Notes under the pieces: generated by a model
The model's database searches: none
Seen by the model: only the letters and a program-made list of their open reading frames with translations
What the model was told of the DNA's origin: nothing
Translations under genes and position numbers: made by a program
Virus record (IMG/VR): IMGVR_UViG_3300024996_000028
Location: 1-28,203 of that record
DNA length: 28,203 nt
Source: a virus
Taxonomy: Duplodnaviria > Caudoviricetes
Direction: 5' to 3' (one strand)
In this document: in pieces, positions 1-9,534 of the stretch
How the letters are laid out: each line of letters starts with the position of its first letter
Position numbering within the stretch: the stretch's first letter is position 1

Positions 1-148
1 GGGGTCGGATGCGAGGATGTCATCGGGGTCGGCTCCGCTCGGGCGTCGGCTGGTTTGGCTGCCGCCATCGTCCCGCTCGGGCCGGCCCCCGTCTACCCGC
101 TCACGCACGAAATACCCGAAAGTGCAGTTTCCTTGCCATACGGGTAAC

Positions 149-173
149 AAAAAACCCCGCTCGCTGGCGGGGT
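149..173 (-). terminator. Rho-independent terminator downstream of the 276-902 gene
   Basis: Stem ACCCCGC (154-160)/GCGGGGT (167-173) with an A-tract at 149-154, which is a U-tract on the minus strand. Confidence 0.65.
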
Positions 174-275
174 GAAAAAACGCTTCGGAAACCAGATTCC
201 GGGCGCGACAAATCGTCTTTGCAAAATCAATTTACGTCGAATTTATGAAATCCGCAAGTGTTTAGTGTGGAAACC

Positions 276-902
276 TTATGCCAGCCGTGCCTGCCCGGCT
301 TCCTGGTTGATCTCCACCATCGCCTTAACCACCTTCTCGAACGCTTCGATAAAGGTAGCCTGGTTGCCCTGAAACGCCGCGAGGTGCCTGGCCTTGGGGC
401 GACTCGCCACGATGCTGTCCATGGCGTCCAGATCATCCTTCTCGACCCGGTGGATGAGCTTGCTGTAGCGGTCCTCCTTGGTCCACGCCTCGGTACCGTC
501 GCTCCCCGCGTCCCCTGACCTCGTCGGGTCGAGGCGGGACAGGAAGGCCGCCCGCCAGTCGCGGTAAAGGCTCGCGTGATGCTCCGCCCCCTGATCCAGG
601 AGCTCCAGCGAGATCGCGAGCAACAGGATGGACTGGTTCTTGAGGCCCGCCCCGATGATGACGCCGTGCTTGATCCGAACCCATGCGCTGCCGGACTCGA
701 AGACGCCGTCGGCTCGGGGGATGGCGATGCCGTGGCGCTCGGCCCAGCCCGCGGGGACAGAATCGTCCTCGCGGCTGGCATAGCTCACGGCCGCCGGTTT
801 GCCCGCCAGGCGCAGGAGCCTGCAGACGGACTCACGGAGGCGGTCGACTTCTGCGATGATCTTCTCCCTGGGAACGTCGTTCCACTCGTCTTTCGGCTGC
901 AT
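276..902 (-). CDS. Hypothetical phage protein, possibly a late-transcription regulator (by position only)
   Basis: 208-aa ORF with normal composition, lying downstream of the replication module and followed by a terminator. Confidence 0.7.
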   Translation of the reverse strand: MQPKDEWNDVPREKIIAEVDRLRESVCRLLRLAGKPAAVSYASREDDSVPAGWAERHGIAIPRADGVFESGSAWVRIKHGVIIGAGLKNQSILLLAISLELLDQGAEHHASLYRDWRAAFLSRLDPTRSGDAGSDGTEAWTKEDRYSKLIHRVEKDDLDAMDSIVASRPKARHLAAFQGNQATFIEAFEKVVKAMVEINQEAGQARLA

Positions 903-1000
903 CCGCTACCCCTAGCTGGTTGGGGGTATCGTGCCACAGGATGTAGTGGTGCGCAAGCCGTGATTCACAGAGGGATACGTCTCATGGCTGTCTAGGGGGG

Positions 1001-1292
1001 GATAAATCGCAGGGAGAATTAATCGCTGAGATTTATCTTTTCCTGGTAGCCCCTTGTTTCGACGCTTTAATACCAGCCCGGATGACTGCTTCACGAGATA
1101 AATCGCAGCAGTATGCCCGTAAGCACACCCCCGACAAGAGGAGGCGAGGCAAATAGAGTATGCGATTAATGTGATTAATTTATATTTTATATTAATATTA
1201 AAAAAATTAATATTAAAAAACAATAGAGTCGCCCTGCCGAAAAAATCGCGGGCGACCCCGCGACCAATCGTGCCTTTTTGCGATTTATCTCG
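1001..1292. repeat. Putative replication origin: iteron-like repeats around an AT-rich unwinding element
   Basis: GATAAATCGCAG at 1001 and 1097; inverted copies at 1026-1037 (1 mismatch) and 1279-1292 (14-bp exact match to 1094-1107); AATCGC-core variants near 1019, 1161 and 1243. Perfect tandem ATTAATATTAAAAAA x2 at 1191-1220 inside a nearly pure AT stretch. Confidence 0.65.
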
Positions 1293-2694
1293 AAGGCGTC
1301 TCCTGAGCGCCACTTCGGCGCCCGATCTCGGCGTCGACCCGCCCCTTCGCTTCCTCCAGCGCCTCGGCGGGAGAGGGATACCAGCCCCGCGCAAGTAGGT
1401 GGCAACGGGGCGTGGTCCCGGCCTGGCATTCGGACAATGAACGGTAAAGCCCCTCGAAGGCCTGAGCCCCCCAATCGTTATCCACGACGTCGCGGGCGAC
1501 CATGATGGTCCAGCCTCGATAGTGGGCGAGGTGATGATCGACGTTGGTCATCACCTGACCGCCGACCGGCACGAGTTGACCTTCGGGGAACTCGGGAAGG
1601 CGCGGGCGCTTGAACGTGTCGGAGGGTTGCGGCGCGCGGGCATGCCCCGCGGTCCCACCCGGCGGCAGGAACCCCCGACTAACCCGGCTGATCAGGAAAC
1701 CGTCGGGAGCCATCGCCAGGTATTTTCCGGTCGATGGATCGAAGCTGTGCAGCGCAGCCCCGCGCTCGACCAGCCAACCCGGATCCAGTGGCCGAGCCGC
1801 CAGGGGATTGAGGCAGACCTGAAGGCCGTCGAGCAGTGTCTCACGGTAGACGGGCCGCGGGAGCCGGATCACGTAGGGCTTGAGGCCGTCCGCGTTGTAC
1901 CTTTCAGCGAAGAAGACGACCGGATACGGCCCGGCGGCGGCGAGGGCCTGGGCCTTGGAGAAGGTGGCCGTGGTGCTGAAGATGACGGCGCTCACGTCCT
2001 CCATGCCGGAACGCGTGAAGAGGCCCAGCTGCACCTGGGTCCCGTTATCCTTCGTAACGCTTTCTCGGGTCGTCTCCCCGAAGACCGTGCGCGTCCCCGT
2101 CGCTTCATCGTCGCTGTAGATGTGCTGGTCAAAGCCGTACAGCACCCTCCTGATCGCGAGGTTGTTCTGCCTGAAGAAATAGGGCTGCTCGAACGGGGCG
2201 ACGCAAATAACGTAGGGCTTGCCGGCGACATGCGGCAGGGTCGAGTAGGACTCGGTGTACTTGCGGTGCTTCGCCGTGATCGCATTGGCCAGCCGGATGC
2301 TGGCAAGGGTCACAATCTCCTCCCGGCTGATCCCCAGAACGGTCTCGGGATCGGCCGAACGCTCCCACTCCGGGGCGTAACCATCCGGGTGCGAGGCAAT
2401 CGTCGCCTCCGCGATCAGCTTACCCCCTGGGGAGTCGAGGACGAAGTCGGGCGAGGAGTGCTGCTGGTCGATCTGGCAGCCGAGCTCCGAGAACGCGGCG
2501 AACAGGTAGAGTTCCCAGAAGCTCGAATTGTAGGTCGTCTGAAATTCCTTGGCGAATTTCCCGTCCCGGTCCCGGAAGCCGTCCGCCCAGCTCTGAAGCA
2601 CGGCCTGCTCCGGGCCGGAGAGTTCGAAGCTCGAGAGGAGCCGGAAGTTGGGGTGTTGCCGCTCAACTGGGACGACGGGGGTGAGGATATCCAC
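1285..2694 (-). CDS. Putative PD-(D/E)XK-like nuclease (family often annotated 'glycosaminoglycan attachment protein'); candidate defence cargo
   Basis: 469 aa. Motifs WADGFRDRDGKFAKEFQTTYNSSFWELYL and SPDF..IAEAT (PD...ExT-like). GTG start. Confidence 0.7.
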   Translation of the reverse strand: MDILTPVVPVERQHPNFRLLSSFELSGPEQAVLQSWADGFRDRDGKFAKEFQTTYNSSFWELYLFAAFSELGCQIDQQHSSPDFVLDSPGGKLIAEATIASHPDGYAPEWERSADPETVLGISREEIVTLASIRLANAITAKHRKYTESYSTLPHVAGKPYVICVAPFEQPYFFRQNNLAIRRVLYGFDQHIYSDDEATGTRTVFGETTRESVTKDNGTQVQLGLFTRSGMEDVSAVIFSTTATFSKAQALAAAGPYPVVFFAERYNADGLKPYVIRLPRPVYRETLLDGLQVCLNPLAARPLDPGWLVERGAALHSFDPSTGKYLAMAPDGFLISRVSRGFLPPGGTAGHARAPQPSDTFKRPRLPEFPEGQLVPVGGQVMTNVDHHLAHYRGWTIMVARDVVDNDWGAQAFEGLYRSLSECQAGTTPRCHLLARGWYPSPAEALEEAKGRVDAEIGRRSGAQETPSR

Positions 2695-2795
2695 GGGGCT
2701 TCCCTCTTCGTGGCCTGGACGAAAGGCTTATAGCCGACACGCCACCGCCCCCATTGGTTCGCCGGAATCCCCAATCAGCGGCGCGACTCCGGGGG

Positions 2796-4976
2796 TTATC
2801 GTACCGCGCGGTACCGGTAGGATGGCTTGGTCTTGCTCTCGACCTCGTCACGCTCGATTTCGCCCATCTCGACCAGCCCGGCAATTATCTCGTTGCGGTC
2901 CCTGAACTTAAGGTTGCGCGTCCGCAGGAGCAGAGCCCTGTTCTCCACCCATTGTCCCTTCGCGTCGCGGATGACCTGGAGAACGCGGTTCATATTCCGT
3001 TCGTAGTCGCTCTCGGCGACGTTTTGCTTGACCGCCTCGGCCATGTAGGCCCCGCAATGGTCCGCGACGGCGATACCCCACCGCATGGCCTCCACGCCGA
3101 TCGTGTCGCCCTCGTGCGCGGCCAGAGCCAGCTTGATGGCGTGCTCGGCAGAGCGGGCGTAGATGGCCGACAGGCCGGTCCGGTTCTCCGATTCCTCGGC
3201 GGCACGGCGGCGCATCGCCTCGGCGTAGGAGGCAATCAGCTGCTCGGCCTCGGACTCGTAGCTGACCACCATCGGGCTGATCCGCAAGACCCCGTCGATA
3301 TTCCCCCTCGGGTCGTAATTGCTCGGCGCGTCCTTCCACCGGCGCAGCTCGGCCAACAGATCCTCGGGCGGATCGTTCACGTCCCCCGCCGGCGTCGCGG
3401 GCTTCAGGGTATAGTCCCTCGACTCGAACACCATCCAGCGAGCCAGGAAGCCGTCGATCGCATCGTCCGAGGTCAGGGTCTGGAAGAACCGCTCCGGGAC
3501 GGTCGTGGCGTAGACGGACAGGCAGGGCTGCTCGATGGGGGTGCGCTTCATCTTGCCGTCGTGGTTCGCGTACTGGACCCCGGCGTACATGCTCTTGGCC
3601 GAGGAGAACAGCTCGACCAGGTAGGTCAGGATGTCCCGCTGGTGGCTGCCGGCGTTCTTGTGCGTGAGGTTCTTGAGCACGCGGCCGAACTCGTCCCAGA
3701 GCACGAGGCACTTGCCGCCGCCCTCCCTGAGGGCGGTCAGCATGCCCGCCCCGCTGGCCGGCGTGCCGCCGATCAGCCCATCGAGGCCCGACCTGCAAAG
3801 AAGCGTCGTGACGCAATCGCGGGCGTGATCTTTCCCGGCGCCGCTGGGGGCGAGACCCATGGCGTAGAAGTTCGTACGCAACCTGGTCGGCGATTGGATC
3901 TTGTGGCTCATGGCGGCACCGGCTGCCGTGATCGCTGCCGCGACCGCCAGCATCGGCTGCGGATAGATCGACGTCGCGTTGATCCAACGGGCGATCTTAC
4001 CGACCAGGCCCGGAGGGTTCAGGATGATGGCCGCGGGATCGGGCGATGAATCCACGCGGCCCGCTACGAAAGGGCGAAGATTGCCGCCTTCCTCGATCTC
4101 GACCTGCGGCAGAGCGGAGCGGTCGGGGACCCGCCGGGGATGGATGTAGCCGTGGTCCATCGCCGTGTAGAAGAGGCTGGCGATGGTGATGTCCCCCCGG
4201 TTGAAGCTCCTCCACCGTTTCGGGATCTCGCGGGAGTCGTATTTGGAGCTGGTCGCCGACCACTGGTCCCAGAGCTCCATGCCCCGGTCGCCGAGGTGCT
4301 GGCGCAGCGCCATGCCCATCCTGATCCAGACGTCGTAGTCGTCGGCGGGGATGCAGCGCAGGGCCTCGGCGATGTCCGCCAGATCGGTCTCGCGGTACGG
4401 ATCGTGAAAACTCTGCCGCTGAGCGGGCTTTACCGGCTCCGGGCGGAAAAGCGAGGCGATCACCTGCATGGACGCGGCCGGGATCTCAGGGAGATCGCCG
4501 GGGGCGATGTCGGCCAGAGTCAGCGGTGTGATCCACTCATAGGCCCCGCCGGACGGGTGCAGGGAAGGCGGCAAGACGGTTTGACGGCCCTCGGAAAGGA
4601 CGTCGAGCACGCGGGTCCCCCGGACGCTGTAGCCGTGGCTGCGCTGGCCGGAATAGCGGTAAAAGGCCGTGAAACCCTTCGCGCCCCGCTTCTTGACCGG
4701 GGAATCCGGGATCACGGCGATGATGCTGGCGTGGAGCTTGTCGATGTCGTCGTCGAAATCCAGGGCGATGACGCCGCTGGCCGAGCCGAGGCACAGCCCG
4801 ACGTTAGACGCTACCCAGCCAAGCCAGCGGCCGTGCTCCTCGTTGGAGGGGAGGCGTGAGCAGAACTCCGACCAGCGCTCGATGGTCGGGTATTTCTGGG
4901 TCGGCGCAAGCGGGATGACGGAATATCCGCGTGAGCGCAGGTCAGGCGCCGCGATCTGGAAGGGGCTGCGGGTCAT
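2796..4976 (-). CDS. Bifunctional DNA primase/polymerase (Prim-Pol) with PriCT-2 and C-terminal DUF3987-like P-loop helicase domain
   Basis: N-terminal GYSVIPL..NVGL..IALDFD..PPSLHPSG; PriCT-2 YDVWIRMGMAL..WDQWSATSSKY; Walker A APSGAGKD; LWDEFG; GFLARW. Confidence 0.9.
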   Translation of the reverse strand: MTRSPFQIAAPDLRSRGYSVIPLAPTQKYPTIERWSEFCSRLPSNEEHGRWLGWVASNVGLCLGSASGVIALDFDDDIDKLHASIIAVIPDSPVKKRGAKGFTAFYRYSGQRSHGYSVRGTRVLDVLSEGRQTVLPPSLHPSGGAYEWITPLTLADIAPGDLPEIPAASMQVIASLFRPEPVKPAQRQSFHDPYRETDLADIAEALRCIPADDYDVWIRMGMALRQHLGDRGMELWDQWSATSSKYDSREIPKRWRSFNRGDITIASLFYTAMDHGYIHPRRVPDRSALPQVEIEEGGNLRPFVAGRVDSSPDPAAIILNPPGLVGKIARWINATSIYPQPMLAVAAAITAAGAAMSHKIQSPTRLRTNFYAMGLAPSGAGKDHARDCVTTLLCRSGLDGLIGGTPASGAGMLTALREGGGKCLVLWDEFGRVLKNLTHKNAGSHQRDILTYLVELFSSAKSMYAGVQYANHDGKMKRTPIEQPCLSVYATTVPERFFQTLTSDDAIDGFLARWMVFESRDYTLKPATPAGDVNDPPEDLLAELRRWKDAPSNYDPRGNIDGVLRISPMVVSYESEAEQLIASYAEAMRRRAAEESENRTGLSAIYARSAEHAIKLALAAHEGDTIGVEAMRWGIAVADHCGAYMAEAVKQNVAESDYERNMNRVLQVIRDAKGQWVENRALLLRTRNLKFRDRNEIIAGLVEMGEIERDEVESKTKPSYRYRAVR

Positions 4977-5182
4977 ACAGGCTTACCGGCGTCCGGGGCC
5001 GATGCAGGGCTGGAGACCTGGTTTTCCAGTACCCAACGCTCAACCTCGGAACGAACGAATCGCTTGCGAGCGCCGACCACGATATAGGGCGGATGGGGCA
5101 GACCCTCGCCGATTATTCGCCAGAGCTGGGAGTATGTAAGACCCAAAAACCTGGCTGTCTGCTTAGCGTTCCATAGCTCCAT
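4973..5182 (-). CDS. AlpA/excisionase-like helix-turn-helix protein
   Basis: 69 aa, MELWNAKQTARFLGLTYSQLWR..PPYIVVGARKRFVRSEVERW. GAGG RBS upstream; ATGA overlap with the primase. Confidence 0.8.
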   Translation of the reverse strand: MELWNAKQTARFLGLTYSQLWRIIGEGLPHPPYIVVGARKRFVRSEVERWVLENQVSSPASAPDAGKPV

Positions 5183-5202
5183 AATACCTCGCATAATATT
5201 GC

Positions 5203-5231
5203 TTGACATTGCATTTCGTTGCATCTAATGT
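5203..5231 (+). promoter_or_regulatory. Sigma70-type promoter for the recombination/replication operon
   Basis: TTGACA-17 bp-TAATGT in an AT-rich divergent intergenic region; TTGCAT direct repeat in the spacer. Confidence 0.6.
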
Positions 5232-5283
5232 CCGTCTTACTACGAATTATCTATTTATGCAACAACCAACTTACGGAGCCTTT

Positions 5284-5679
5284 ATGGAAGATAGCACCAA
5301 ACAGCAACTCGCCCTTCTCACCGATGCGTGGAAGATCGAAAAGCAAAAAGAAAACGAAGCGAACGCCCGCCGCATTGCCATCGAGTCGCAGATCTACGAA
5401 CTGGTCCATGCCGATCTGCCCGAGAAGGGCACGCACACGCTGCCCACGGGCATGAAGATCGCCACCGGATTCAGCGAGGAATGGTCGCAGGAGCAGCTCA
5501 ACGCCGCGTATGAGGGTTGGGACGCATCGGTGCCGTTCCCGTTCACCGGCATCTGGAAGCCGGACGGCAAGGCCATCAACTACCTGCGCGATAACCTGCC
5601 GGACGCCTACAAGCAGATCCAGCCCGCTCTCACGCTGAAGCCGAAGAAGCCCGCGTTCAGCGTGAAAGACGCCGCATAG
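5284..5679 (+). CDS. Conserved phage hypothetical protein, first gene of the Sak4-type module
   Basis: 131 aa from ATG 5284 with GGAG RBS; coiled-coil N-terminus; C-terminal ALTLKPKKPAFSVK is typical of genes preceding AAA_24 ATPases. Confidence 0.75.
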   Translation: MEDSTKQQLALLTDAWKIEKQKENEANARRIAIESQIYELVHADLPEKGTHTLPTGMKIATGFSEEWSQEQLNAAYEGWDASVPFPFTGIWKPDGKAINYLRDNLPDAYKQIQPALTLKPKKPAFSVKDAA

Positions 5680-5764
5680 CTCCATGACCGGGGTGCGTCA
5701 CACTTCACCGGGGTTGACGACCCCGGCCCCGGTCGCCACCCCATAGCAACGAAAGGAACTCCCA

Positions 5765-6553
5765 ATGCCCATTAACCTTGCAGAAATCAAAGCCTCCCGC
5801 GTCATCCTCCCCCCGCGCATCGTGCTCTACGGTCCCCCGAAGATCGGCAAGACCACGTTCGCCGCCGATATCGAAGGCGCCATCATCCTCGACATCGAGG
5901 GTGGGTCCGGTGCTCTGAACGTCGCGCGCATCGCCAAGGACAAACTTGCGTCCTACGGCGACGTGATCGGTTCGGTCGAGGCCCTCTACACCCAGGACCA
6001 CCCGTTCTCCACGGTCATCATAGACTCGGCCGACTGGCTCGAGGCCCTCATCTTCCAGCAGGTAGCTGCGGAAGCCGGCAAGAAGTCCATCGAGGACATC
6101 GGCTATGGGGCGGGTTACGTCGCGGCGGTCAACCTCTGGAAGCAGCTGTTCGACGGACTCACCGCCCTGCGTAACGACAAGGGCATGGCCGTCGTGCTGA
6201 TCGCTCACGACCAGGTGAAGCGTTACGACAACCCGCTCACCGACTCCTACGACCGGCACCAGCTCAAGCTGCACGCGAAGTCCGCCGCCATCCTCACGGA
6301 GTGGTCGGACTGCCTGCTGTTCGCGAATCAGGACGTCTACATCGACGCGAAGGATGTGGGCTTCAAGAAGAAAGTCACCAAAGGCCGGGCCGGTGACCGT
6401 GTGCTCCACACGGTCGAAAGCCCTGCCTTTATGGCTGGCAATCGGTACGGTCTCCCCGCCGAGCTGCCGTTTTCCTGGGGAGCGTTCAATGAGGCGATGG
6501 CAGCCGCGCTGTCTGAGCCTCCGGCTTCCGAGGCGAGCGCCGAGGCGGCTTGA
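5765..6553 (+). CDS. AAA_24 / Sak4-like phage ATPase (recombination)
   Basis: Walker A YGPPKIGKTT, Walker B VIIDSADWLE, GYGAGY, LIAH, AGNRYGLP. Confidence 0.88.
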   Translation: MPINLAEIKASRVILPPRIVLYGPPKIGKTTFAADIEGAIILDIEGGSGALNVARIAKDKLASYGDVIGSVEALYTQDHPFSTVIIDSADWLEALIFQQVAAEAGKKSIEDIGYGAGYVAAVNLWKQLFDGLTALRNDKGMAVVLIAHDQVKRYDNPLTDSYDRHQLKLHAKSAAILTEWSDCLLFANQDVYIDAKDVGFKKKVTKGRAGDRVLHTVESPAFMAGNRYGLPAELPFSWGAFNEAMAAALSEPPASEASAEAA

Positions 6554-6583
6554 TAACCTATCAACTTACGAAAGGAACTACCA

Positions 6584-7099
6584 ATGGCATTTTTAGGACA
6601 AGAATTTAACGCGGAAGCCGTCGAGCCCTCGAAACCTCGCGAGGTCATCCCGCCGGGCTGGTATAAGGCGATCATCGAGGCCAGCGACGTGAAGCCGACC
6701 AAGAAGGCGGCCGAAGCGCAGCAATACGGCTCCGAAGGAGCTAACGACCGTCTTCTCGCCATGACCTTTAAGGTGATCGAGGGGACCTTCGACGGCGCTT
6801 TGATCTTCAACAACCTCAACCTGGTCAATAGCAACCCGGTCGCACAGGAGATCGCCCAGAAGGATTTCTCGGCGATCTGCCACGCGATCGGCAAGCTGCG
6901 CGTTAAGGACTCGAACGAGTTGCATAACCGCCCGCTGATGATCAAGGTCGACGTTGAGAAGAAGGAAGGCTACAACCCCCGCAACATCATCAAGGGCTAC
7001 GAAGCCGTTGGTGAACGTGCGGCTGCCACGGCTTCGGCCTCGGCCGGCACGGGTGCTCCTGCTGCCGCCAAGGCCGCCCCGGCCTGGGCGAAGAAGTAG
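6584..7099 (+). CDS. DUF669-type phage single-stranded DNA-binding protein
   Basis: IPPGWYKAII..SDVKPTK..NLNLVNSNP..AQEIA..DSNELHNRP; Ala-rich tail ending PAWAKK; lies after the AAA_24 gene. Confidence 0.8.
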   Translation: MAFLGQEFNAEAVEPSKPREVIPPGWYKAIIEASDVKPTKKAAEAQQYGSEGANDRLLAMTFKVIEGTFDGALIFNNLNLVNSNPVAQEIAQKDFSAICHAIGKLRVKDSNELHNRPLMIKVDVEKKEGYNPRNIIKGYEAVGERAAATASASAGTGAPAAAKAAPAWAKK

Positions 7100-7102
7100 C
7101 CT

Positions 7103-7843
7103 ATGGCCCTGATCCCCGAAGTGGTTGACCCCACTCTCGCGGCGATCGACCGGGAGTTGGAGCGGAGAGCGGCGTTGGAGCCGCGCCGCTCCTACCTCGG
7201 GGCGTCCGCGATCGGCGATGAGTGCGAGCGGAAGCTCTGGTACTCGATACGGCAGGAAGTCCCGCGCAAGCCGTTCGACGCGGCCAGCCTCAAGCGTTTC
7301 GAGGACGGCCACCGCGGCGAGGCGGTCATGGCCGAGCGACTGCGGATGGTTCCGGGCGTCGAGTTGTGGACGGTGGACGAACAGACGGGCGGCCAGATCG
7401 GCGGCACGCTCTTCGACGGCCGGTTCGGCTGGCACGTCGATGGCGTCATCAGGGGGCTTCTGCAGGCTCCGCTTACTCCCCATGTCTGGGAGCACAAGCA
7501 GGTCGGCCAGAAAAAATACGACGAGTTGCGGAAGCTGAAGTCCACGGTGGGCGAGAAGGCGGCGCTGGCCGCATGGGACCCGGTGTACTACGCGCAGGGC
7601 GTCCTTTATATGGAACTGATGGACCTTACCCGGCATTACCTGACCGTGAGCACGCCAGGAGGGCGGGAGTTCGATTCGTGCCGGACCGAGCCCAACCCGG
7701 TGATGGCGAAGGCGCTCCTGGCCAAAGCCAAGCGAATCCTCTCCGCGGGAGAGGCCCCGGCCCGATTGAGCGAGAGACCCGAGTTCTTTAAATGCAAATG
7801 GTGCGACTTCCGCGGAGCGTGCCATGGGATAGCAGCGTTCTGA
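7103..7843 (+). CDS. Cas4-like PD-(D/E)XK phage exonuclease
   Basis: YLGASAIGDECERKLWY, GHRGE, HVDG, WEHK, YYAQ, C-terminal CKWCDFRGAC (Fe-S ligands). Confidence 0.88.
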   Translation: MALIPEVVDPTLAAIDRELERRAALEPRRSYLGASAIGDECERKLWYSIRQEVPRKPFDAASLKRFEDGHRGEAVMAERLRMVPGVELWTVDEQTGGQIGGTLFDGRFGWHVDGVIRGLLQAPLTPHVWEHKQVGQKKYDELRKLKSTVGEKAALAAWDPVYYAQGVLYMELMDLTRHYLTVSTPGGREFDSCRTEPNPVMAKALLAKAKRILSAGEAPARLSERPEFFKCKWCDFRGACHGIAAF

Positions 7844-7845
7844 TT

Positions 7846-9534
7846 ATGCAGCTTCGTGACTACCAGCAGGGGGCTATTGACGGGCTGTTCCAGTATTTCG
7901 AGCACCATTCGGGCAACCCCTTGCTTGTTTTGCCGACCGGCAGCGGGAAAAGCGTGATCATCGGGGCCCTGTGCAAGACCATCCTCACTTCCTGGCCGGA
8001 CCAGCGGCTGATGGTCGTTTCGCACGTCAAAGAATTGCTCGAACAGAACTTCGGGAAGATCACGGCCTTCTGGCCCGATGCCCCGGCGGGGCTATACAGC
8101 GCAGGCCTCGGTCAGAAGCGCAGCCGCGACCCGATCACCGTCGCCGGCATCCAGTCGGTGTTCCGCAAGCCGCACATCTTCGGCTGGCGAGACCTGGTGC
8201 TGATCGACGAATGCCATCTCCTGTCCCCGGACTCTGACGGGATGTACCGCCGGTTCATCGCCGGCCTCCGCGAGGTCAACCCGCGTCTGAAAGTCATCGG
8301 GCTAACCGCCACCGCCTACAGGCTGCGGACCGGGATGCTGCACGAGGGGAGCGACCGGCTGTTCACCGACATCGCCGCTGAGGTCAGCCTGACCGAGCTG
8401 CTCGAGGCCGGGCACATCTGTCCGCTGAAGAGCCGCCCTTCCGAAATCCAGGCTGATCTGTCCGGCGTGGGGATCGTAGGCGGCGAGCTCAACAGCCGTG
8501 AGCAGGAAGCGGCGGTCGACAAGGAGGAGTTAACCCGTGCCGCTCTCGACGAGGTGTTCGCGCTGGCTTCCGACCGGAAGTCGTGGCTGGTATTCGTGGC
8601 CGGTCGGACGCACGGGGAGCATGTCGAAACCGCCTTGAGGGAGCGAGGCATCACCGCCAAGTTCGTCCACGGTGAAACGCCGGACGCTGAGAGGGATGCC
8701 GCCCATGACGACTTCAAGTCGGGCCGCCTTAGGGCGCTGGTGTCGCTTGGGGTCCATACGACCGGGTTTGACGCCCCGAACATCGACCTGCTGGTTCTGC
8801 TGCGAAAGACCCTCTCCCCGGGGCTGTATTACCAGATCCTCGGCCGAGGGATGCGGCTGCACCCCGGGAAGGCGAACTGCCTGGTGCTCGACTATGCCGG
8901 AAACATCGACTACCACGGGCCGATCGCGCACCTCAAACCGCCTAAGGCGGCGGGTACGCGCGGGAAGCGCGAGGCACACGAGCGATCCTGCCTGATTTGC
9001 CCAGATTGCCGCATGGCCTCGCCACTTGGCGCCCTCGAATGTGCCGATTGCGGTCGGCAGTTCACCCCACCCGAGCGGGTCAACCATGGTACGACGGCGA
9101 GCACGGGCGAAGTGATGGCGCTGGGAGATCTCCCGGCGCCAAGCCTCGGCGAATGGGTCTTGGTCCACTCGGTCAGCTACCACAAACACCAGAAGTCCGA
9201 CAAGATTCCGACGATGCGTGTCGAGTACCACTGCGGTATCAATACCTATCGGGAGTGGATCTGCCTCGAACACCCGCCGGGATTCGCCCGGGGTAAGGCG
9301 GTCGACTGGTGGAAACGGCGCACTCCGTTCGAGCCGCCGGACTGCATCGCGTTGGCGATCGAATATTCAGACTCATTGACCAAACCGGTGGCGATCCGGG
9401 TGAAACAGGGAGAGAGATTTTGGGAGATAACCGGATATGACCTTACAGGATTTACCGTTGCTGCAGCCGCAGAAAAAGAAAGAGCTGATTCAGAGCCTTC
9501 GGAACCTATTGACTTTCTTGGAGAGTCTTTCTGA
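7846..9534 (+). CDS. SF2 DEAD/DEAH-box helicase with C-terminal Zn ribbon (RadD/YejH-like phage helicase)
   Basis: MQLRDYQ Q-motif, LPTGSGKS, DECH, LTAT, TTGFDAP, QILGRGMR, CPDC..CADC. Confidence 0.92.
   Translation: MQLRDYQQGAIDGLFQYFEHHSGNPLLVLPTGSGKSVIIGALCKTILTSWPDQRLMVVSHVKELLEQNFGKITAFWPDAPAGLYSAGLGQKRSRDPITVAGIQSVFRKPHIFGWRDLVLIDECHLLSPDSDGMYRRFIAGLREVNPRLKVIGLTATAYRLRTGMLHEGSDRLFTDIAAEVSLTELLEAGHICPLKSRPSEIQADLSGVGIVGGELNSREQEAAVDKEELTRAALDEVFALASDRKSWLVFVAGRTHGEHVETALRERGITAKFVHGETPDAERDAAHDDFKSGRLRALVSLGVHTTGFDAPNIDLLVLLRKTLSPGLYYQILGRGMRLHPGKANCLVLDYAGNIDYHGPIAHLKPPKAAGTRGKREAHERSCLICPDCRMASPLGALECADCGRQFTPPERVNHGTTASTGEVMALGDLPAPSLGEWVLVHSVSYHKHQKSDKIPTMRVEYHCGINTYREWICLEHPPGFARGKAVDWWKRRTPFEPPDCIALAIEYSDSLTKPVAIRVKQGERFWEITGYDLTGFTVAAAAEKERADSEPSEPIDFLGESF

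Noticed and set aside
912-1474. ORFs spanning the AT-rich region
   Set aside because: Low-complexity translations (FFNINFFNINI) of the repeat/origin DNA.
1285-2800. TTATC at both ends of the 469-aa gene as a target-site duplication
   Set aside because: The left copy belongs to a 14-bp iteron match that extends past it, and both copies are simply Arg-stop codons; likely coincidence.
1522-4049. Long plus-strand ORFs (403 and 431 aa), and similar ones at 6593-7825 and 18087-19622
   Set aside because: Antisense shadows of real GC-rich genes, with no recognisable motifs.
7103-7843. Cas4-like gene as evidence of a CRISPR-Cas system
   Set aside because: No repeat-spacer array and no cas1/cas2 in the window; the context is a standard phage recombination module.
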